From Podarcis melisellensis (Eukaryota): a DNA stretch of 64,000 bases. The notes under the pieces are model-generated. The model made no database searches and was not told the DNA's origin. It saw nothing but the letters and a program-made list of their open reading frames with translations. The position numbers and the translations under genes are program-made. Where the stretch lies: the NCBI GenBank assembly GCA_964234715.1, contig OZ174275.1. The stretch is one strand, 5' to 3'. Positions 26,319 through 39,480 of this stretch are shown here, in pieces (within the stretch, counting starts at the first letter, position 1; every line of letters begins with the position of its first letter).

Positions 26319-26887
26319 TATAGCCCACTTTTTTCTCCAAGGGGTACATGGTTCACACCCCTCCTCAGTTAATCTCTACACTGACCCTGAGAGGTAGGTA
26401 AAGAGGCTGTGACTGTCCCAAGGTCAGTGAGCTTCATGACTGAGTGGGGATATGAACACTGATCTCTCAGGTCCTAGTGCGACACTCTAACCACTACATC
26501 ACACTGGCTTCCTATAGTACTTCTGCTATATAGATTAAGTAGGCAAATAAATTAATATATATATATATATATTTTAAAAAATGACACTTACAGAAGGATC
26601 TGAAATATTTGACTTATAACTTGAATTAGTTTTATTCTGTAATGTTTTATTTGATGTTTTAAGGTGCTGTAAACTGCTTGGAATTTTTACCTTTAAAATC
26701 TAAAGTGGCATAGAAATGAAACTAATAATAATAAAAATAATAAACTCCATGGGAGGGGAGGAATGGTGCCTAGACATACCATTGTGGCGAATGTAACCCA
26801 GGTTTAAGGTGCCATTTAGCAATTAGCTTATATATCTGAGTTTCTAACAAACACTAATCAGTGTTAGGATGCGCAGAGTTGTTAAGG

Positions 26888-27320
26888 CAGAGCTTTCCAA
26901 ACTGTGTGTCACGACACATTAAGTGTGTCGGTTGCGGTGTGTTTTAGGTGTGTCATGCGAATACTCTCTGAACTCCTCCTAGGGCTGGAAAGGAGTTAAT
27001 TTAACTTCGGGTTTGCTAGTACAGTTGTACCTTGAAAGTCAAATGGAATCCAATGTGGAAGTCCATTCGACTTCCAAAACGTTCGGAAACCAAAGTTCGG
27101 CTTCTGATTGGCTGCCTGAAGCCCCGCCAGACGTTGGGCTTCCAAAAATAGTTCGCAAACCAGAACAGTCACTTACAGGTTTGTGGCGTTCGGGAGCCAA
27201 AATGTTTGAGAACTAAGCTGTTCAAAAACGAAGGTATGACTGTAAAACTGAAGTACTGTGTCGCAAAATGATGCACGTCTAAAAAGTGTGCCACCAACAT
27301 GAAAAGTTTGGAAAACTCTG
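26888..27320. mobile_element. hAT MITE containing a nested Tc1/mariner MITE (27022-27242)
   Basis: TIRs cagagctttccaaact/agtttggaaaactctg; TSD tgttaagg/tgttatgg. Confidence 0.85.
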
Positions 27321-27339
27321 TGTTATGGAGACCCCTATA

Positions 27340-27597
27340 CAGTGGTACCTCGGGTTAAGTACTTAATTCGTTCCAGAGGTCTGTTCTTAACCTGAAACTG
27401 TTCTTAACCTGAAGTACCACTTTAGCTAATGGGGCCTCCTGCTGCTGCCGCACCGCCGGAGCACGATTTCTGTTCTTATCCTGAAGCAAAGTTCTTAACC
27501 TGAAGCACTATTTCTGGGTTAGCGGAGTGTGTAACCTGAAGCGTATGTAACCTGAAGCGTATGTAACCTGAAGCGTCTGTAACCCGAGGTACCACTG
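27340..27597. mobile_element. Tc1/mariner MITE with expanded 17-bp subterminal repeats
   Basis: TIRs and TA TSD; about four tandem copies of tgtaacctgaagcgta. Confidence 0.9.
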
Positions 27598-27598
27598 T

Positions 27599-27750
27599 AA
27601 TAGAATCACAGAGTTGGAAGGATCACTGAGAGTCATTCGAGTCTAAACTCTGCAATGCAGGAATCACAACATCGGTTCCCCACCCAATTTGAAGCCATAA
27701 CAGACCCTGCTTAGCTTTGCAAATATGCTAGCAGTTTTATTGCTCCACCA
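27599..27750 (-). mobile_element. Putative 5S rRNA-derived SINE with CR1 tail
   Basis: aagctaagcagggtc (5S box A region) on the minus strand, upstream of a CR1 3' end. Confidence 0.5.
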
Positions 27751-28569
27751 CTTAGTTGGAGAAAAAACCTATTAAACTTCACTCACGTTTTAAAATAAAT
27801 ATTTTTTTCCTTACATATGGATTTTTTTTCTTTAGTTGCTTGTCTTTTTCACTTAAGAGGCTGCTACCTGGGCTACAAAGAAGAATTTACTGGCTTTGTC
27901 TTGTGGCGTAATGAGAAGTTGCAAACCTTTATACAACTGATGTGTGTGACATAAGACATATTGTATTACCTGGATAAGAAATTAGAGTAGAAATGAGCAT
28001 TCATCAGGACAGGGGTGCTTGTAAAGCAGTCCTTTGCAGAACACGTGGGTGGAGTACAGGTAAATTTAAGGTCAAGCCATTTTCAATAAATATCTTATCT
28101 GTAGTTCAAGACTCCCAAAATAGATTGCTATGACAAAAGGTGATACACAGAATTGCTCAACGAATTTTTTTTTTTAAAAAAACGTTTCCTGCTGAGACAC
28201 GGTTCAGCAACTTGGACTATATAAAGGTCTTTATAGAAATCTATTTAATTTTTTCTTTGATTATTAAATAGAAAACTTGGGTGACAAATATAAAATTTAC
28301 CACTCATTATTCCAAGTCAGACACACGTGTAGCACACTGTGGGTGTTAGAGTAGAATAAAGCTGGTATCCTCAAAGAAGGCCTTTTGACTGTGTAGGGGC
28401 ATCCAGTAACAGAAAGGTACTGGAAATAAATTTTTGCCCATTCTCACTCCTGTAGGTGGCATGTGGAGGGCTGCAGGGAGAAATTGGCCAAAAAAACCCC
28501 TGAAACCTACTTTCTCTCTTCGTCAGCATATGCCTCCTCTGGATCAAAGCTCTTATGTGAGCACAAGGG

Positions 28570-28570
<1 letters not shown>

Positions 28571-28613
<43 letters not shown>

Positions 28614-28980
28614 CTCTACCCATTTGGCCGGGATTGCCCTAGCCACTCTGGGCGACTGCCAACACATATAAAAAATATTATAACACCAAACATTAAGAGC
28701 TTCCCAATACAGGGCTGCTTTCAGATGTCTTCCTAAAGTTGTGTAGTTCTTTATCTCCTTGACATCCCACAGGGAGGGCACCACTACCGAGAAGGCCCTC
28801 TGCCTGGTTCCCCGTCACTTCACTTCCCGCAGTGAGGGAAGCAACAGAAGACCCTTGGAGCTGGACCTCAGTGTCCGGGCTGGAGAATGGAGGTGGAGAC
28901 GCTCCTTCAGGTATACAGGGCCAAGGCTGCTGAGGGCTTTAAAGATCAGCATCAACACTTTGAATTATGCTCAGAAACAT
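28571..28980 (-). mobile_element. L2-clade LINE 3' end with (TTA)n tail
   Basis: Reverse-complement match to 60320-60753. Confidence 0.75.
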
Positions 28981-29127
28981 GCAGTAGCCACCCAAAACTG
29001 GTTCAAGTATTGTTGCTGACATTAAGTGGCAGTTCATGCTGATGGTAAAGCTACATGAGCTCCTGACCGAACACCCATTCCTGAACTGTTCTACAATAAA
29101 TGTTTCCTCACACCTAAAGGAGTAGAC

Positions 29128-29620
29128 CAGAGGTTTTCAATCTTTTAAAGTCCGTGTCTCCCTTGATCAACTACATTCTTTCTGCGACACCCCTGTGGGG
29201 CTCAGGAGCCCAGCTATGTCACCCCTAGCCGCAGAGCTGGCAGCTCTCACCCTTTTTTCAAACACCCTCCCTTGTGGAGTGTTCCCTCAGCCTCCTCTCC
29301 TCTCGCCTCTCTTGGGAGCCCTCCGGGCAGCTGCTGCCGCCACTCCTAGTCTCTAAGCTCCCCCCCGCCCCAGAGAAAGGTGCCTCTTCACACTGCCCTA
29401 CAGGGGCCTAGGAAGCACTCTCTGGCCAGTCCTAGAGGCACCATTTGCCCAGGGAGCTTGCAGCCAGGTCTGCTGCAACCAACAGCTATGCAAGCCTTTG
29501 GGAGGCAAAGACACGAGAGGGAACCAGGAAAGAGGAACAGAGGCCAGTGTTGCCTGCGGCACCCCTGACTGTCATTCAAGGCACCCCAGGGTGCCACGGC
29601 ACACTGGCTGAAAACCACCG
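29128..29620. mobile_element. Non-autonomous hAT element
   Basis: cagaggttttcaa...ctgaaaaccaccg; TSD gagtagac/gagtaggc. Confidence 0.8.
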
Positions 29621-30512
29621 GAGTAGGCTATGGCCAATAGGTGGCAACTGGAAATGAACGTTTGTGTATTAATGGCCATGAACACTGCAGTGGCCCAGCT
29701 CCTTCTGTACCTCTTTATAAACTTACACACGAGAAAGAGGAGTATTTGCTATTGCATGCAAATGCTTTTTTGGAAAGTGGAATAGCTGAAAGAAATAAGA
29801 ACGAACGAACAGAATTGTAATTCTTCTATTATTTAGTAACCTTCAGTGACTTTAATATCACTTCAAATCCCTAAAAAACAGGTTAGAAACAAATATTAGC
29901 CTTACCAGGATGGCAAAGGAATGGATCAAATTACATTTCAAGGGGAACACTGTATTTTAATTAATGCTACCTAGTGCCTTTACAGACAGCAGTCACCTTC
30001 AATGCAGAGTGGGAGTAACAATTACACCTCCTAATCACACGACGTGAATCGGGGAAATAGTCTCCTACAGGACAGCCTATTATGAGGACCACATGGGTAT
30101 TTGTCTTCTCCTTGTCTTGACATCCAACTCAGAGCACCAAAGCCAACTGTAGAGGCAGAGCCAACACTGGAAGAGGTTTTGAAGGAAATAAATAAAAACT
30201 CAGGCCTTGAATTGGGAAAAAATGAAGGGGGGGGGGGAATCCTAAAGTGGCCATCTTGTGAAGGTTTTCGCTCACTATGCAAGTGTGCAAAACTTTACTA
30301 GAGTCAGCTACAGGTGTCATTTGTGCATTGCCAAAAAAAAACAAAAAACAAAAACCAGAGAGGAAATGCATGAACCAACCAAAGAAAAGCACACAGATTT
30401 GCAAAAATAAAATAAAATGGTATGTGCTAATAAACATAAGTGCATGTATTTGTGTTCATGCACACATAAGTATGTATATTTGTGTGTTCATGCACAAACT
30501 TATTGAAATAAT

Positions 30513-30660
30513 TCTCACAGAATCACAGAGTTGGAAGGGACCCTGAGGATCATTTAGTCCAACCCCCTGCAGTGTAGGAATATGCAGCTGACCCTTAAGA
30601 GGATTCGAACCTACAGCCTTGGTGTTATCAGTACTGCACTCTAACCAATTAAGCTTTGCT
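30513..30660 (-). mobile_element. tRNA-derived SINE with CR1 tail
   Basis: B-box ggttcgaatcc on the minus strand plus a CR1 3' end. Confidence 0.75.
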
Positions 30661-30696
30661 ACAAAGCATAGTGGTATTGTATGATCAGGGGATAAG

Positions 30697-30916
30697 CAGG
30701 CGAAACCAGAGCAGCGCACGGAAACGCTGTTTACCTTCCTGCCGGAGCGGTACCTATTTATCTACTTGAACTGGGGTGCTTTCAAACTGCTAGGTTGGCA
30801 GGAGCTGGGACCAAACAACGTCATGCACACCCCGTCACAGGGATTCGAACCACCGACCTTTCGATCAGCAAGCTCAAGAGGCACAGTGTTTTAACCCACA
30901 GCGCCACCTGCGTCCC
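30697..30916 (-). mobile_element. Sauria SINE, 5' half
   Basis: Reverse complement of the gggacgcaggtggcgctgtgggtt head through the central domain. Confidence 0.85.
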
Positions 30917-32499
30917 ATACTAATATATATAAGGTATGCTTAATTCAAGGCAGTGGAACTGTTTGGCTTCCTTGACCGTTATCAACTCCCACGTTATCAA
31001 CTCCTGGCAGCACAGAAGTTTTCTCAAGGACACACTCTTCTGAAGGCTGTTTGCCTTTAATAGTAGGAGATGAAACCTTTTTAAAAAAAAACTTCCAAAC
31101 TGAGTTGGAAGGGATTATTTCATCTTGTGGAAGATCCGGTCCTGGAATGGCAAGAGTAAACACTGGAGACCCTACAGATCTGGAGCTGCTGTTTCCTCTA
31201 AGCCGTGGATAGGAAGCTGTGGGCCTCCGCACGTTTTAGAGTAGACTACAACTTACATCAGCACCAGACAGCATAGCTCATTGCCAGGGATTGTGGGAGT
31301 TGTAGTCCAGCAACAACTGGCAGATCACAGGTTCACACCCCCCCCCCAAAAAAAATAGGCAAGTAACTTTCTATTAAAAGTCCCCTCTTCCTAGATGGTA
31401 ACTGTGATAGGCTTTATAAAGACTGCTTTCGTAATTTCTCATTCCACAAAGCTCATTCCACACGAGGTTCAACAGGCCCCCCACATTTCACGAAAAGAAC
31501 AGGAATTGAAAGTTTAGCAGAAAGGAAGATTTGGCAGCAGCTGTGGCAGCAAACCTCAAAATGAGGCAAATCAGGCTCAAGCCCAAATTCTGAAGGGTCT
31601 GGGCTTGCCTGGAGTGAATATTTTTGAGCTGGGAAAGTTCACTTTCTGAACTTCCCCCATAGTTGAACTTTGCGTCCTTTACTAAAAATTGTAATTGCAA
31701 ATTTGGAATAGAATACAAAGGAAGAGTCACATTTGCCAGCCATAAAGTTTACTCTCCCATGATACTTTGTCTTGAGAAGCTTTGGTTTCCACGAGGAGTA
31801 TGAAAGCAAATTTGGTCCCCCCCCCCTTTTATTATTTTAAGTTGAAATTTATCCTAATCAAATAAAGAGATAATCTCCAAAGAACCTCTTTGTGCAGGCA
31901 AAGTTGGAACGAACACCTCCTAACCCACAGCAATCTGAATATCTTTCACACAAGAAACTCTGTTGACAAGAAGCATGCTGAAATGTGGACACATCATATA
32001 TTAGAGAAGAAGATATAAAGTACACCATACTGGTAAAGAACTATTTAAAAATGCATTAAAGAAGCTGTGTTAAATACAATGCTAATTAGAGATTAAGATG
32101 GCTTTTACTCGCAGGCACCCTTTAATCACTTATATTTACTTTGCACAGCACCTTTACTTTTATTTACTTCTTCTGCATCAAATGAGGGGAACAAAGCAGC
32201 TCTATCATCTGTACCTTAAAACGTCTGCGTGTGTATCATTAGGGCACACTGCAGGACTCCTCAGAAACACAGCATTGTATAGTTGGAAGGGAAATAGGCA
32301 ACGGTAGTGAATAAGTCTACTGCTGCTACCTCTTTAAACAGCATTAATTCAAGAGTCTGGATGAAGTCTGGACAGGTGGACAACCATAAATTTCTGCATA
32401 TTACATTTCTACATACTTTTTGCCTACTTTCTGCAAGCTACCCAGGAGGGAGTTGCACTGATGCCAGACAAGGCAGATCAGGAATTGCTGGTCGATGTT

Positions 32500-32690
32500 A
32501 GACAAATAATGAAGGGAGCTTCTGCTTTGAATGCAGAAGATCCCAGGTTCAATTCATGGCATCACCAGGGAGAACCAGAAAAGAATCCTTCCTGAAAGCA
32601 GGAACGAGAGCAGCTGCCAGTCAGTGTAGACAATACTGAGCTAGATGGACCAGTGGTCTGGCTCTGTGTAAGGCAACTGTCTATGTTTCC
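32500..32690 (+). mobile_element. Old tRNA-derived SINE
   Basis: tgcagaagatcccaggttcaattc B-box followed by gtcagtgtagacaatactgagctagatggacca. Confidence 0.6.
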
Positions 32691-32728
32691 CCTCTCCACT
32701 ATTATTTATGGTACCATATCATATATAT

Positions 32729-33080
32729 GGACGTGGGTGGCGCTGTGGGTTAAACCACAGAGCCTAGGACTTGCCGATCAGAAGGTTGGCGGTTCAAATC
32801 CCTGCGACAGGGTGAGCTCCCGTTGCTCGGTCCCTGCTCCTGCCAACCTAGCAGCTCGAAAGCACGTCAAAGTGCAAGTAGATAAATAGGTACCGCTCTG
32901 GCGGGAAGGTAAACGGCATTTCCGTGCGCTGCTCTGGTTCGTCAGAAGCGGCTTAGTCATGCTGACCACATGACCCGGAAGCTGTATGCTGGCTCCCTCG
33001 GTCAATAAAGCGAGATGAGTGCCGCAACCCCAGAGTTGGCCACGACTGGACCTAATGGTCAGGGGTCCCTTTACCTTTAC
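32729..33080 (+). mobile_element. Sauria SINE, full length
   Basis: Head, core and acctttac tail present; TSD tatcatatatatg. Confidence 0.92.
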
Positions 33081-33104
33081 TATCATATATATGTTCCCTG
33101 AAAT

Positions 33105-33240
33105 CAGTGCTATTTTTCTAGAAGAAGAGGCTCCAGAACTCAGCACAAACACTTCCCTTGTTCTCTTAGAATGATAATGGCGTCCACCTGAGAGGTGCCA
33201 GAACTGAGTTCTGGCGAATACTGGCTCGAAAAAAGTCTTG
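33105..33240 (+). mobile_element. Short hAT MITE; second copy at ~39686-39808
   Basis: cagtgctattttt...aaaaaagtcttg; TSD cctgaaat/cctggaat. Confidence 0.75.
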
Positions 33241-35776
33241 CCTGGAATAGATATATCTCACTGCTTATTCAAGTTGCCTCGTTCTTCAAATTGTGATAAA
33301 ACTTGAGTGTATGTCATGAGGAGGGCAACAGATCTCCCATCTCGTTTTATTCATTTTTTTATTTCCCTCAAAAGTAATGTGTTTTCTAAGCGAGGCTTTT
33401 CATGCTCCGACCTTGGCATCCACCAGGACCATACTGTGATTTATATTGAGAATTCCAAGCCTCATCTAATCTTATAAATAAATGTAAAATGTATAAAACA
33501 ATTACCCTAGAATAAAATTGAATTTTATCTCTCTGTAATCAGTTTTTGTCTATGCTACAAATTTCTGTGTTTGAATACAATTCAAAAATTAATAACAGAC
33601 ATAATTTATTTTCTGACTTTTCATTACTGTGACATTTTAGCAATTTTTTATATATATACACAGGCTTAAATTTTATCTAGGGCTTCAACCCCACAGTTTA
33701 TTTTTAGCCATGGGGCACTCTTCTGGAATTTCTATTTAAGGAATATGCTTGTTCAAGAAATACACTTCCCATTTACAAACCAAAATATACAGCATAATGA
33801 AATGGAGGGAGGGGAGAAGGCTTTGCTACAATGTAAAGATAGATTAAGGAGGGGAAGTGTTGCGTTGCATGTCAACGATCCAAGGACTTATGTGTTCTTT
33901 TGATGTTGGCTGCAAGAAGTCAAGTTTAGTGGGCAATAACATAGAAAATTATAGTAAAGTTACTGTGTGTGTCTGCTATTTGCTTGTATGTTTTTTTATA
34001 CTATTTTATGCTTGTATGTATATTTTATATTGTATAATATTTTATTTTATACTGCTTGTATGTTTTATCATTGTTTTCTTTTAACGGGGTATTATAGCTA
34101 CACTCAAGTGTTGTGTGCTCCTCCATCCACTTTTCTTAAACAGGTAAAATATATGCTTGGCTTTTATGGTTTTGGTCCCAGATATGGCTAGGCATATGAC
34201 CATCATAAGTGGCAATCATAAAGCCTGTCCAGTTTGCATTCTCCACCTCTTATTTCATGCGACAGAAGCTAAAAGCTAGCCTCTAACTCTTGATATCTCT
34301 TTGCCTTTGATCCTGAAGGCCATTCAGCCATACACTTATCTTTACAGTCTGTTAACCTTCATATGACTATTTAAATATTGTTATGGCTGCTGTAGGGGTT
34401 AGTAAATTGTTATGTAAAGTGAATATGTAATGTGAATTGTTATGTAAAGGTGTTAGTGAATTGTTATGTTTCCAGTGTTGTGAGCTGCTTTGAGCATGGC
34501 AAACCACAGGAAAGTAGCATTTGCCACTGGGGATGGTTGCTTCAGCCTGCCTTCCTCACCTTCCACCTATAAGGTTTTTTCCGGTTTTTAAAAATTATTA
34601 TTTTAAAAATTGCTTTACTATTGAATTGATGTTTTTTTTAAAAAAAAAGTCCCGTCCCCCCGCCGCCGCCTACTGCTCTGGAATCCACTTGTCAGATGAA
34701 GCTGAAAATGTTCAAAACCAAACCAAATAGGAGCATTCATAAGGGAGCTGTCTGCCAGAAAAACTGATGGTGCTTTCTGACATTTAAAGTCTAGGCATAA
34801 AAGTTGTGGGATGAAGGGAGATTTGGTAGGCACTACTGCCATTAGCAATGGAGCTACCGGTACTTTGGATGTGAAGGTTTGGGGGATTGTGAGTTGACTT
34901 ACTGGTAAGCATATGCTCAGTTAAATTTTTGACGAACTGCTAATTATTGGATTGGAAGTGTTACGCTGCAGGGGTTGCAATTGTTGTTACTTATTATGGC
35001 TATTGCACGTCAACTGTTTTCTGTGAACCGTTTTGATAGGAAGTGTATTTGTGAAAAATGTGGCACGTAAATAAATTGCCTGTGACTACACAAAATATGA
35101 GTGATTGTGATGGTAAGCAAGTGAGCTGTATGTCACTCTGAAATAGGAGTTAGGGCCTGAAGAGAATTTATAGATAGTACTCAGCAGTATTGAGACTGGC
35201 TTATGTGCACTGAAAGGCGAGTCAAGACTTCTGTCCTTTTCTTTTTTAGTCACATAGCTACTTTTTCTATAAAGCCAAGTTTCCCAAACTGTGGTCCACA
35301 GACAGGTAATCCATGGTATTTCCATAAATATATATTTAAAATCCATACACTGTCTAGCACAGACCATTACAATTGCTACAGCAGGCAGAAAAACCATTAA
35401 GTGGTCTGCTAAGGCCCTCTGCCATTTCTGGAAGTGGTCCATGGCTGGGGAAGAGTGGGGGAACTACTGTTCTAAAGCATATAAGAAACAAGTTATGATG
35501 GGACATTTGTCCAGGTCCATCCAATTAAAGATGCAGTACCTCAATCTCATAGGGCGGATTCTAGGGGGGGGGGGAATTACATTGGGCTTTGTCCACAGAA
35601 AGTTAGGTGCATCTAAATTTTGCTTAAGAAATTGCACTTGAAATCATACAGAGTTAACACCTCAACTCTTGAACATGCACAGATTTGTGATAATTTAGGA
35701 GTGAATTGAAAGCAGGTTTATCAAATGTCATTTGAACCAGTTGCATCTTAACCCTTCCACTGTACTTTGAAAACTG

Positions 35777-36160
35777 GGGATGCGGGTGGCACTGTGGTCT
35801 AAACCACCGAGCCTCTTGGGCTTGCTGATCGGAAAGTCGGCTGTTCGAATCCCCAGAACAGAGTGAGCTCCCGTTGCTCTGTCCCAGCTCCTGCCAACCT
35901 AGCAGTTCAAAAGCCCACCAGCGCTAGTAGATAAATAGGTACCGCTGTGGCAGGAAGGTAAATGGCGTTTCCGTGCGCTCTGGTTTGTATCACGGTGTCC
36001 CATTGTGCCAGAAGCGGTTTAGTCTTGCTGGCAACATGACCTGGAAAGCTGTCTGTGGACAAATGCTGGCTCCCTCGACCTGAAAACGAGATGAGCGCTG
36101 CAACCCCGTAGTTGCCTTTGACTGGACTTAACCATGCAGGGGTCCTTTACCTCTACCTTT
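35777..36160 (+). mobile_element. Sauria SINE, full length
   Basis: Full-length match; TSD tactttgaaaactg. Confidence 0.9.
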
Positions 36161-37593
36161 TACTTTGAAAACTGCCCCAACCACCATCAGTACCAACATG
36201 CCTCCATCTTTTCAAAATGCAGTGCAGCAAAAGGCGTTGATTGGCCACAGCACAGGACACCAAAGGGATCCAGCAAGGCAAAATGGGGACTAACTGATCA
36301 AATCTGCATTCTAAAGGCATTTTGCCCACCAAAGACTCAAAACTACACCAGTACATTGGTTATATCTCCAAGGTCTGATGTGAAGCTTTTATAACGGGAA
36401 GCAGGGTACCATATTTGCCCAACAGCAGCCAAATCAGCGCACTGTGCTTTGGAAGGCAAACTATTACTGTGGAATCAGGGTGACAATATTTCTAAGAGAG
36501 TTACATGACGGTTAAGGCACTCTTAAGCTAGATTTCATAATTAGAAACTTACGTAATTGGAAATGTTTTGATAGCCACCCTTTAAGAAAGAAACAGGCAA
36601 GCAAGCAAGCAAGCAAGCAAACAAACAAACACTGGGGCGCGTGCGCGCGCACACACACACACAGAGCAGTTAGCTGAAGAAATAGTTAAAATTAAAATGC
36701 AGCTGAACAACATTGAGGAACAGCTGGTGTAATTCTATGCTTGATGGCAAAGTAATGAAGCTCTTGGTGGCTTGACAAGACAAGCTACAAGCTTGAATGA
36801 AATTGTTCAGCTAAAAGAATTAGAATGAAGTTGATGACGGATGCGTTACTGAACATGACAGGGTGTCATCTATTTTAAACAGGATCTTTACTAGGATGTA
36901 CTGAAAGAAATTTTTCCACTACCGTGAACCCACTAAAGCTTTTTTCAGTAAAATCTTATTGGAGCTTATTCAGACAATAGGCTAGCTCCAACTGTAACTA
37001 ATTAATTTTTTTTTAAAAAAAGACACTATAATCTATTTTCAGTGCTAATAATTCAAATCTGGGGGGTGGGGTGGGATAACCTGTGTTATTCTTCTATATC
37101 CATTCCACGAAAAAGTAACTCTAACTCTTGCTACAACTCATAACTCTGCAGTGCACTCCATTTCTTACCTATAGGGTCTCTCAAAGGGCACATGCTGAAG
37201 TTATAATAGCAGATTCCACTCCTCATTAACTAGTAATAGGTAGTTTTAGTACCTATTTCCCTAGATGTTAATGAATAAAGCAGGGTTGGAGAACTTGGGG
37301 CTCTGGGTGTGGTCGGGCTCCCAACTCCTATCAGTCCCAGGCAACTCAGCCAATATTGTACCCCAGCAATGCCCGGAGGACCTGCCTGGGCTTTACTTAC
37401 TGACATGAGCACCTGTTTTCTCCAGTACAAAATAAGAACTCATGCATGCCAAATGCATTTGGATGAACTAAATATTAAGCACTGTACTGTACCCAGGGTT
37501 GCAAGACAGTTTGAAAAACTAATCTATAAATTAAGTTTGCACGTGATTAAAAATAGTATGTGACAAAAGCAGCAGACATGTGCAGGATTCCTA

Positions 37594-37612
37594 GATGATG
37601 ATGATGATGATG

Positions 37613-37656
<44 letters not shown>
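37594..37656. repeat. (GAT)n(AAT)n compound microsatellite forming the tail of an L2-type 3' end (to ~37720)
   Basis: Directly visible; followed by ccccagccactctgggcggc. Confidence 0.9.
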
Positions 37657-37836
37657 TTATACCCTGCCCATCTGGCTGGGTCTCCCCAGCCACTCTGGGC
37701 GGCTTTGAACAAAGTATTAAAATACGTGTGACATCACTATAGAAGATGTCTTCTCATGTGAGAAAAGGGAGGCTCTCTCCAATAGTTCTTGCCCCCTGCA
37801 GGCTTTATAAGTACATGTAATAAAAAGGGCATGACC

Positions 37837-37980
37837 TGGGATAGCTCAGTTGGTAGAGCATGAGACTCTTAATCTCAGGGCTGTGGGTTCAAGCCCCAGG
37901 CTGGGTGAAAGATTCCTGCGTTGCAGGGGGTTGGGCTAGATGAACCTCGTGGTCACTTCCAACTCTGCAATTCTATGATT
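37837..37980 (+). mobile_element. tRNA(Lys)-derived SINE with CR1 tail
   Basis: tagctcagttggtagagcatgagactcttaatctcagg...gttcaagccc followed by ttccaactctgcaattctatgatt. Confidence 0.8.
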
Positions 37981-38452
37981 TCAACTAAACCTTAAGAAAA
38001 ACGTCCTGATAGTGTGAGCTGTTTATTAGTGGAAGAGACTGACTTAGATAGTGGTGGAATACTGGTGCTATTTTTGGAGTCCATTCTAAGCCTTGATACC
38101 TACCAGAGCAGGTATGAGGAACCTATGGTTCTCCACCATGGCCAGCACTCAGGATGATGGAAGGTGCAGTCCAATATCCCGAGGGCCACAGGTTCCTCCT
38201 GCCTCATTTTCATGAACAACAGTTTGCTTTAAGTACTCTTAAAACCTCCCTATTAGTTGTGCAATACTGTACTGCAGAGTTCAAATGAAAAAGAAAATCC
38301 ATATGGCTAATCTCTGCAAGCCAATAATGTCCAAGTGAGAAGCTCAAATTTATTTCATCCATCAAAGACAACCCGAACAAGGAAAAAGGTACTATTTCAA
38401 CAGAATTCTAAGTTGCTTTGTTCAATCACTTTGACAAATGTCAAAACATTAC

Positions 38453-38589
38453 CTTTCCCTGCCTTGCATTTAACACTGTTCCTTGAAGCTTGAATGTGTT
38501 CGTTTATACTTGCATAAATATCAGTGCAGACTTCTGCAGATTCCTGTTCTGTATGCTGCACAATGACATGACTCAACCAAATCCATAAC
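38453..38589 (-). other. Candidate 137-nt upstream (5'UTR or coding) exon of the minus-strand gene
   Basis: Acceptor gtttattttcaaAG and donor AAG|GTaatg, in non-repetitive sequence. Confidence 0.4.
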
Positions 38590-39138
38590 CTTTGAAAATA
38601 AACTTTACACCTTTCTTCTGGGGTATCAGATATAGCTCAGAAGCATAATTACACTACAATAGCACTAGTCAAATCTAGGTCACCTAGACTGTGTGTGACA
38701 GACATGAATTACTGGAGTCTCAGCTCAAAGACATTCCCTTTATGACATAGTTGCAGGTTTTTGAAGCTTCACTGCTAATAAGAAATTCCTCCTCACTAAA
38801 GTGGTATTATTTTGGCACTGTCTTTGTAATATAGCACTTGATATAAAAAAGATGTCCCATATGTGAAGCAGCAAATTCCAACCCTGCCGGTTCAATGGTT
38901 AAATATAATTAATATGATTTCTAAAAACAGCATTGCAAACATAAGTAAATGTCACCAGTTGTACACTTTCATATGAAGGCCTGGAGAGCGTCGCAAATTG
39001 GAAGTGTAGACGGGGAATTTCATGCACTTCTCAGTTAATACACATAGCCTCCAAGTGATTGCTGAAGCTACTGGACTGGATCCAGAAAATATTAACCAGA
39101 ATCCTCCTTATGCTTTCTGCCTCTTCATTCCACTAGAA

Positions 39139-39480
39139 CAGGGGTCAGCAAACTTTTTCAGCAGGGGGCCGGTCCACTGTCCCTCATGCCTTGGGGCGGG
39201 GCCAGACTATATTTTTTGGGGGTGGGAAATGAACGAATTTCTATGCCCCACAAATTTCTATGCCCCACAAATAACGCAGAGGTGCATTTAAAATAAAAGC
39301 ACACATTCTACTCGTGTAAAAAGACCAGGCAGGCCCCACAAATAACCCAGAGGTGCATTTTAAATAAAAGGACACATTCTACTCATGTAAAAAGACGCTG
39401 ATTCCCAGACCGTCTGCGGGCCGGAATGAGAAGGCGATTGGGCCACATCCGGCCCCCGGGCCTTAGTTTGCCTACCCATG
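39139..39480 (+). mobile_element. Non-autonomous hAT element, same family as 11985-12311
   Basis: Perfect 8-bp TSD cactagaa. Confidence 0.9.

Noticed and set aside
27529-27590. CRISPR-like direct repeats
   Set aside because: No spacers; these are tandem subterminal repeats of a MITE in a eukaryotic genome.
30945-31730. Minus-strand ORFs as additional coding exons
   Set aside because: Acceptors are plausible, but there are no convincing donors, no consistent phase chain and no recognisable homology.
37837-37910. tRNA-Lys gene
   Set aside because: The cloverleaf is degenerate and runs directly into a CR1 tail, so it is a SINE head.
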